Positions 59,071 to 64,000 of a stretch of DNA of 64,000 nucleotides are shown in pieces (position 1 is the stretch's first letter; every line of letters starts with the position of its first letter). Position numbers and translations under genes: made by a program. The DNA comes from Selenomonadaceae bacterium (GTDB lineage: Bacteria; Bacillota; Negativicutes; Selenomonadales; Selenomonadaceae): contig JAFSOQ010000055.1 of NCBI GenBank assembly GCA_017446845.1, positions 983-64,982 on the forward strand, in the 5' to 3' direction. The notes beneath the pieces were generated by a model, which was not told the DNA's origin, did not search any database, and saw only the letters and a list, made by a program, of their open reading frames with translations.

Positions 59071-59637
59071 TTAACGATTCTTTTCCGCTGAAATAATCCA
59101 AACCGGATTCAACGCTTGACACATGTCATAGGCGCGGATTTTTTTCAGGCGAGTGATTTGAACTTGAAACGCGTCGTATTTCCAATCGTGTGCTCTGAAG
59201 TATTCCAACGCGCCCGCTGAAGTCTGAATCGTTATCGCATTGACGACAACACGCCCGCCCATTTTTAACTTTGTATTGAGCACGTCAAGAATTTTTTCCG
59301 TGTAACCACCGGAGCCGCCGATTATCACCACGTCAATTTCCGGCAAGTCTTCCAAGCCGTCGGGTGCCTCCGCGAAAATTATTTCAACGTTGTTCACGGA
59401 AAATTTTTCGACGTTGCGCCGAATTAATTCGACTGCCTCTGCCTTCCGCTCTATCGCAAAAATTTTTCCCTTCGGTGCAAGCAGTGCCGCTTCAACCGTT
59501 ATCGAACCCGTGCCCGCTCCCACGTCGACAACAACCGAATCACTTTTTATCTGCGCCTTCGCCAACGTCAATATTCTTATTTCCTGCTTTGTCATGGGAG
59601 TTTGTCCGCGTATAAATTCTTCATCGGCTATCATCAC
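59071..59637 (-). CDS. cbiT: Precorrin-6Y C5,15-methyltransferase (decarboxylating) CbiT-like SAM methyltransferase
   Basis: F.RG..PMTKQEIRILTLAKA......VVDVGAGTGSITVEAA is the CbiT pattern. No other cob/cbi biosynthesis genes are adjacent. Confidence 0.7.
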   Translation of the reverse strand: MMIADEEFIRGQTPMTKQEIRILTLAKAQIKSDSVVVDVGAGTGSITVEAALLAPKGKIFAIERKAEAVELIRRNVEKFSVNNVEIIFAEAPDGLEDLPEIDVVIIGGSGGYTEKILDVLNTKLKMGGRVVVNAITIQTSAGALEYFRAHDWKYDAFQVQITRLKKIRAYDMCQALNPVWIISAEKNR

Positions 59638-60680
59638 GTCATCCCCTTAACATGCGTTTCAATGAAGTTTATTTCTTCCGTCGACAAGTCGTATTTACGA
59701 TAAAGTTGCTCGTCAACGTCCAAGCTCCACTTTATATCCGAAGACACTGTAAAATCTTGCAACGGAACTTTTGCCCACGTTGCCTTTGGATTGACGGGAG
59801 TAACTTTTAACGCACCAAGCAGACAGCGTGCAAATTTGCTCTTGATATATTTCAAGCAAGCGTCCATTTCATCACGAGTATCGAACGCGCCGACAACTAA
59901 AAATGTATCCGTGGAAATATCCAACGGCTCGCCGATAACAGGTTTGCTGATAATTCGTGCCGCCTCTTTATCGCTGAGCTTGCCCGACGCGCCGTTTGCT
60001 TTTGGTAAAAAAATTTTCCATTTACCAATATATTCTTTGACACGACTGCAAACATATTCTTTTTTAATCCAGCAATAAGCGCGTTCGTTATTCAGCCGTC
60101 CCAAAACTCTCAAGCAATCGTCATTTGGTTTTTCTGAAGAAAAAATTTCAGGCAACGCAGCGAACGCATTTGATGAAATATCGTAAAGATGACCGTTGCT
60201 TAATTTTGTTTTGGCGTCGGGAAAATCTTCGTGCATTTTGTCTGTAAAAAGATATGGTGTTCTGCCCGAAATAATTTTTCCTAAGTCAACAAAATCGGTA
60301 CGAGTGATAATTTTTTCGCAGGCACTTCGCAATTCTTTAAAGGGCGTAAAAGTTCCGATTGCTCCAAAATTTTTAGTCTCGTCACGAAAAGTAATTGCAA
60401 CGCCGCCTTCAATGTCGACGCCCTTAAAATATTTTTTCGCGTCGGGCGCGTAGTCCAAAACCTTGAAGTGGGGGTCGTTGAGCATACGACGATTAAAATC
60501 TTTGGGAGTTGCGCCTGCGTCGAAGAGAAATCTTGCGGGCGTGATGAAAGCAGCCTTATCGGCGATTTTAAAAGCGGCCTCCATGATTTTGTTGTAGACG
60601 GGCGGCGCGAAACTTTTATTGTCGCCTGTGGTGTCGTCTTGATAGGGCGGGTTGCCGATAACAAAGTCAAATTTCTTCAT
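59634..60680 (-). CDS. Eco57I-type N6-adenine DNA-methylase catalytic-half / TRD protein lacking a recognisable SAM-binding motif I
   Basis: It begins MKKFDFVIGNPPYQDD, so motif IV (NPPY) is at residues 10-13. The C-terminus resembles TaqI_C-like specificity domains (...LYRKYDLSTEEINFIETHV). GAGGAGG lies 8 nt upstream. Only 12 nt separate it from the upstream gene. Confidence 0.6.
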   Translation of the reverse strand: MKKFDFVIGNPPYQDDTTGDNKSFAPPVYNKIMEAAFKIADKAAFITPARFLFDAGATPKDFNRRMLNDPHFKVLDYAPDAKKYFKGVDIEGGVAITFRDETKNFGAIGTFTPFKELRSACEKIITRTDFVDLGKIISGRTPYLFTDKMHEDFPDAKTKLSNGHLYDISSNAFAALPEIFSSEKPNDDCLRVLGRLNNERAYCWIKKEYVCSRVKEYIGKWKIFLPKANGASGKLSDKEAARIISKPVIGEPLDISTDTFLVVGAFDTRDEMDACLKYIKSKFARCLLGALKVTPVNPKATWAKVPLQDFTVSSDIKWSLDVDEQLYRKYDLSTEEINFIETHVKGMT

Positions 60681-60692
60681 GGCGGAGCCTCC

Positions 60693-61811
60693 TCAAAGTT
60701 TAATGATGATGTTGCGTTTATAAAAAAGTTCGGCAATGGGCAACCAGAGCAAAGCCCAAATCGCGCAGAAAAGAGTTGCACCAAATTCGGTCGAGATTAA
60801 ACCTTGGGTCGTGTGCTGATAAAGTTGCAGATAAACGCCGCCGAAACTTTTTCCGTCGGGCAAAACGTAGAGGAAAGTTAAAATGGCGTTATTCATTACG
60901 AAAAAGAACAGCGGATTGATACCGAGAGCAACGAGCGGTTGAGAAAATTTTTTGGCGTCGGGGAAGGCGTCGAAAATTTTCATGAACAGCGCGAGCAAAA
61001 TAAAATCGATTCCGGCATCAATCAGGGCGTAAGGCGTTGTCCAAAGTTTTTTGGTGATGATGTCGAAGTTGCTCCAAATGCCGCCCGCGACAAGAAGAAT
61101 GACGCCCGCCGCGCAGAAGGTAAAAATTTTATCGCGAGTCGTAGCAGAATTATCGACGAAAATTCTTCCCGCCAAAACTCCGAACAAAACAGAGGCAGTG
61201 CCCGCCAAACAGCCGTAAAGCCCTTCGGGGTCGTGCGTGGGACGGTAAATGTGATTGACGCCGGGGAAAATGTAATCGACGGCTTGGCTGATGTTGTGAG
61301 CCTCGTCGAAGGGATTATCGGGCGCGTAGATGTGATAGCCCGCCGAAGAGACAATCAGCAAGACAAGAGCCGCGATTAAAATTCCGAGATTATTTTTGAC
61401 AGCACGCGTGATGAAAATTCCGAGCGCGTAGGTTATGGCGAGCCGCTGAATAATTCCGAAAAGTCTTCCGTGGACAATCGCCTGCTCAAAAAAATTTGCC
61501 GTCGTAAAATCGGCGTCGAATATCATCAAGAGGATAAACGGCTCCATTTCCAAGAGCACGCCAATCAAGAACATGAACGCCGTCCGCTTGAGAATTTTTT
61601 TTACGGGCGGTTCGCGCTTCGACATGGAAATAGCCGCTGCCGCTCCCATTGCGAACGCGAACATCGGCAAGGCAATATCGGGGATTGTAAAGCCTGCCCA
61701 TTGCGGGTGTTCGAGTATTGAATAAATTTTATCGGGCGGTCCGTCGAGGAAAAGCATAATTGAAATTGCCACGCCGCGCAGCACGTCCAGTGAATAAATT
61801 CGTTTCGTCAT
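60693..61811 (-). CDS. Membrane acyltransferase-like protein (DUF1624/DUF5009, heparan-alpha-glucosaminide N-acetyltransferase-like)
   Basis: The start is set at ATG 61811. RIYSLDVLRGVAISIMLF at the N-terminus, then ~10 TM segments. Confidence 0.6.
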   Translation of the reverse strand: MTKRIYSLDVLRGVAISIMLFLDGPPDKIYSILEHPQWAGFTIPDIALPMFAFAMGAAAAISMSKREPPVKKILKRTAFMFLIGVLLEMEPFILLMIFDADFTTANFFEQAIVHGRLFGIIQRLAITYALGIFITRAVKNNLGILIAALVLLIVSSAGYHIYAPDNPFDEAHNISQAVDYIFPGVNHIYRPTHDPEGLYGCLAGTASVLFGVLAGRIFVDNSATTRDKIFTFCAAGVILLVAGGIWSNFDIITKKLWTTPYALIDAGIDFILLALFMKIFDAFPDAKKFSQPLVALGINPLFFFVMNNAILTFLYVLPDGKSFGGVYLQLYQHTTQGLISTEFGATLFCAIWALLWLPIAELFYKRNIIIKL

Positions 61812-61896
61812 GAGCTTTCTCCATGAAATTTTTTGTCGGATAAATTTTATCACAGTGCGCAAAAAAAATCTTCCCTCCGATTGTCGAAGAGGAAAA

Positions 61897-61930
61897 TAAA
61901 AAAAAAATCCCGCCGAAAAAACTCGACGGG
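61897..61930 (-). terminator. Rho-independent terminator after efp
   Basis: On the minus strand CCCGUCG pairs with CGGCGGG (one U:G), followed by AUUUUUUUUUU. Confidence 0.7.
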
Positions 61931-61955
61931 AAAAAATTTTTTTGTCCGAAATTTT

Positions 61956-62513
61956 TTAAGCGCGTTCGATGTAATTTCCGGTGCGCGTATCGATTCTGAG
62001 AACGTCGCCTTCGTTGATGAACAGCGGCACGCGAACGACATAGCCCGTCTCAAGCGTGGCATTTTTAGTCGCGCCGGTCGCAGTGTTGCCTTTAACGGCG
62101 GGTTCACATTCGGTGACTTTGAGTTCGACGCTGTTGGGCAAGTTAATTCCGATAATGCGCCCCTTGAAAGTTTGCAGATTGACTTCCATATTTTCCATTA
62201 AGAAGTTGAGCGCGTTACCGAGTTGATCTTTGTTCAGTTCAATCTGCTCGTAAGTCTCAACGTCCATGAAAGTATATTGCCCGTCGGATTCGTAGAGGAA
62301 TTGCATTTTGCTGGTGTCGAGGCGGGCGGGCGGCATTTTTTCATTGGGGTTGAAAGTGCGTTCGACGACGGCTCCGGTTTCGACGTTTTTAATTTTCGTG
62401 CGAACGAACGCCGCGCCCTTGCCGGGTTTGACGTGTTGGAACTCGACGACCTGCCAAGCCATGCCGTCAATCTCAATCGTTAAGCCTGTCCTAAAATCTG
62501 TACTTGAAATCAT
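61956..62513 (-). CDS. efp: Elongation factor P
   Basis: [40 protein letters not shown]. 185 aa. Confidence 0.95.
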   Translation of the reverse strand: MISSTDFRTGLTIEIDGMAWQVVEFQHVKPGKGAAFVRTKIKNVETGAVVERTFNPNEKMPPARLDTSKMQFLYESDGQYTFMDVETYEQIELNKDQLGNALNFLMENMEVNLQTFKGRIIGINLPNSVELKVTECEPAVKGNTATGATKNATLETGYVVRVPLFINEGDVLRIDTRTGNYIERA

Positions 62514-62527
62514 TTTTTTTACCTCCT

Positions 62528-62606
62528 TAGGAACTAGTAAATAGGAACCGGGAACCGGTAGTGATTAGTGATTAGAAACCAGTTCCCGGTTCCCAATTCC
62601 CAGTTC
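62528..62606 (-). repeat. Heptad-repeat hairpin between pepP and efp
   Basis: GGAACCGGGAACCGG (62544-62558) pairs with CCAGTTCCCGGTTCC (62579-62593). The loop carries TAGTGAT x2. More GGAAC/GTTCC-type units flank it. Confidence 0.75.
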
Positions 62607-63671
62607 CTATAATTCTATCAAATTTTTTGGCGAGCGCGTCAAAGGTTGAGCCTTGCCGCTCGTGACCAAAACGGTATCTTCAATCCTCACGCCGCCGAAA
62701 TTTTCGATGTAAAGCCCCGGCTCGTCGGTAACAATCATATTCGGCAAAAGTTTTTCGCATTTGCTGAGTTTGCTTAAGCGCGGCTCTTCATGAATTTCCA
62801 AGCCGACACCGTGTCCCAAACCGTGGACGAAAAATTTTTCGTAGCCCGCCGCCGTAAATCTGTCGCGAACAGCCGAATCAATTTCCTTGCCGCCTTTGCC
62901 CGCCGTAATTATTTCCAAGCCGTAAAGTTGCGCGTCGAGGACAAGATTATAAATTTTCTTCTGCTCGTCCGAAATTTTTCCTACACAAATCGTCCGCGTG
63001 ATGTCAGAGCAATAACCTTTATAAATCGCGCCGAAATCCATTGTGACGAGTTCGCCCGCGCAGATTTTTTTTTCGGTAGCGGTGCCGTGCGGGAGACTGC
63101 CTCTCCAGCCCGAAGCGACAATCGTCGTGAACGCCGCCGCCTCCGAGCCGAATCGCCGCATAAAATATTCCAACTCCGCCGCAACTTCAATCTCACGAAT
63201 TCCGGGCTTTATAACTCCCAAAATTTTTTTAAAGGCATCGTCGGCAATTTCACACGCCACGCGAATTTTATCAATCTCCGCCGCGTCTTTGACCTGTCGC
63301 AACGTATCCAACTCGACCGATTTAAATTCGACGCCTTCAAGTTCTTTTTTCAAGTAGCTGTGTTCGGCGACCGTCATAACGAGTCCTTCAAAGCCGATTT
63401 TTTTACAGCCCGAAAGTTTTATCTCGTCGACGATTTTTTTATAAAGCCCTTCGGTCTGTTCGACGAGCGTAAAATTTTTTGCTTGCCGAATCGCTTGTTC
63501 GGTGTATCGCCCGTCGGTTATCAGCTTGCGAAAATTTTTCCCGACAAACAATGCCGAACTGTCTCCGCGAAATCCGCTTAAGTAAGTGACGTTCGGAATC
63601 TTCGTGATTAAAATTGAGTCGACCTCTTCGGCAGAAATTTTCTCGTAAAGATTAATCAATCGCTCGTTCAT
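62607..63671 (-). CDS. pepP: Xaa-Pro aminopeptidase / M24B peptidase
   Basis: Creatinase-like N-domain plus the M24 core (DFGAIYKGYCSDITRT, HGLGHGVGLEIHE, TDEPG, VRIEDTV). Confidence 0.9.
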   Translation of the reverse strand: MNERLINLYEKISAEEVDSILITKIPNVTYLSGFRGDSSALFVGKNFRKLITDGRYTEQAIRQAKNFTLVEQTEGLYKKIVDEIKLSGCKKIGFEGLVMTVAEHSYLKKELEGVEFKSVELDTLRQVKDAAEIDKIRVACEIADDAFKKILGVIKPGIREIEVAAELEYFMRRFGSEAAAFTTIVASGWRGSLPHGTATEKKICAGELVTMDFGAIYKGYCSDITRTICVGKISDEQKKIYNLVLDAQLYGLEIITAGKGGKEIDSAVRDRFTAAGYEKFFVHGLGHGVGLEIHEEPRLSKLSKCEKLLPNMIVTDEPGLYIENFGGVRIEDTVLVTSGKAQPLTRSPKNLIEL

Positions 63672-64000
63672 TTTGTATCCTTCTGAATTCTGCGGATTGC
63701 AATATCAAGCGCGGCAATGTAGCTGTCGACGCCGAAACCGCAAATTTGTCCCATGACGACCGGCGCAAGAACGGAAGTATGGCGAAATTCTTCGCGGCGA
63801 TGAATATTCGATAAATGCAACTCAATCACGGGCACGGGCACGGCGGCAATCGCGTCGCGAAGTGCAATGCTGTAATGAGTGAGCGCGCCCGCATTGAGCA
63901 AAATAAAATCGTAACGCCCGCGAGCATTTTGAATCGCCTCGACCAATGCGCCCTCGTAATTCGATTGAAAAAAATCTATCGTGTCAACGCCCGATTGTAC
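63668..64000 (-). CDS. aroQ: Type II 3-dehydroquinate dehydratase, C-terminal part; the 5' end lies beyond the right window edge
   Basis: ...FFQSNYEGALVEAIQNA..DFILLNAGALTHYSIALRDAI..V..PVIELHLSNIHRREEFRH. ATGA overlap with the pepP start. Confidence 0.88.
   Translation of the reverse strand, partial: VQSGVDTIDFFQSNYEGALVEAIQNARGRYDFILLNAGALTHYSIALRDAIAAVPVPVIELHLSNIHRREEFRHTSVLAPVVMGQICGFGVDSYIAALDIAIRRIQKDTK

Overview
This is a 64-kb chromosomal window from a moderately AT-rich bacterium. Firmicute-type housekeeping genes (RNase J, PcrA-LigA, SpoIID, TsaE-TsaB-RimI, EF-P/PepP/AroQ) sit beside RND efflux genes, LPS-core-type glycosyltransferases and VirK, which suggests a diderm Firmicute-like lineage (inference only). 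About 60 protein genes are supportable. They include a folate operon (folP-folB-folK/folA-ung), rbfA-nrnA-truB, lepA, ftsZ, a cyclase/GGDEF signalling block, a thiol-redox block, ligA-pcrA and efp-pepP-aroQ. I recognised no rRNA, tRNA, CRISPR array, integrase or prophage. The stand-out is a tightly packed four-gene operon at 8566-14921: NurA-like nuclease, HerA-like HAS-barrel ATPase, GHKL/Bergerat ATPase and a B12-domain-type radical-SAM enzyme. It is wedged between a spermidine-synthase-like gene and rbfA. I cannot assign this combination to any named system, so I flag it as the best candidate for an undescribed DNA-targeting or defence-type system. It carries two internal oddities. A C8 homopolymer hides a longer GHKL reading frame that would end in an ATGA overlap with the radical-SAM start. 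A 218-bp repeat insertion has duplicated the last 29 bp of the NurA-like gene. The same repeat family is inserted in frame into the DHFR domain of folK/folA and occurs in at least two more intergenic sites. Other non-standard items: an Fst/par-like type I toxin-antitoxin module, heptad-repeat hairpins rich in SD-like AGGA at many gene junctions and in the lepA and rnj leaders, and strong over-representation of AAAATTTT. There is also an orphan SNF2 helicase with a DUF3883-type nuclease domain, a half-size Eco57I-type methylase, a TnpB remnant inside the tsaE-tsaB-rimI operon, and cobalamin-gene remnants.
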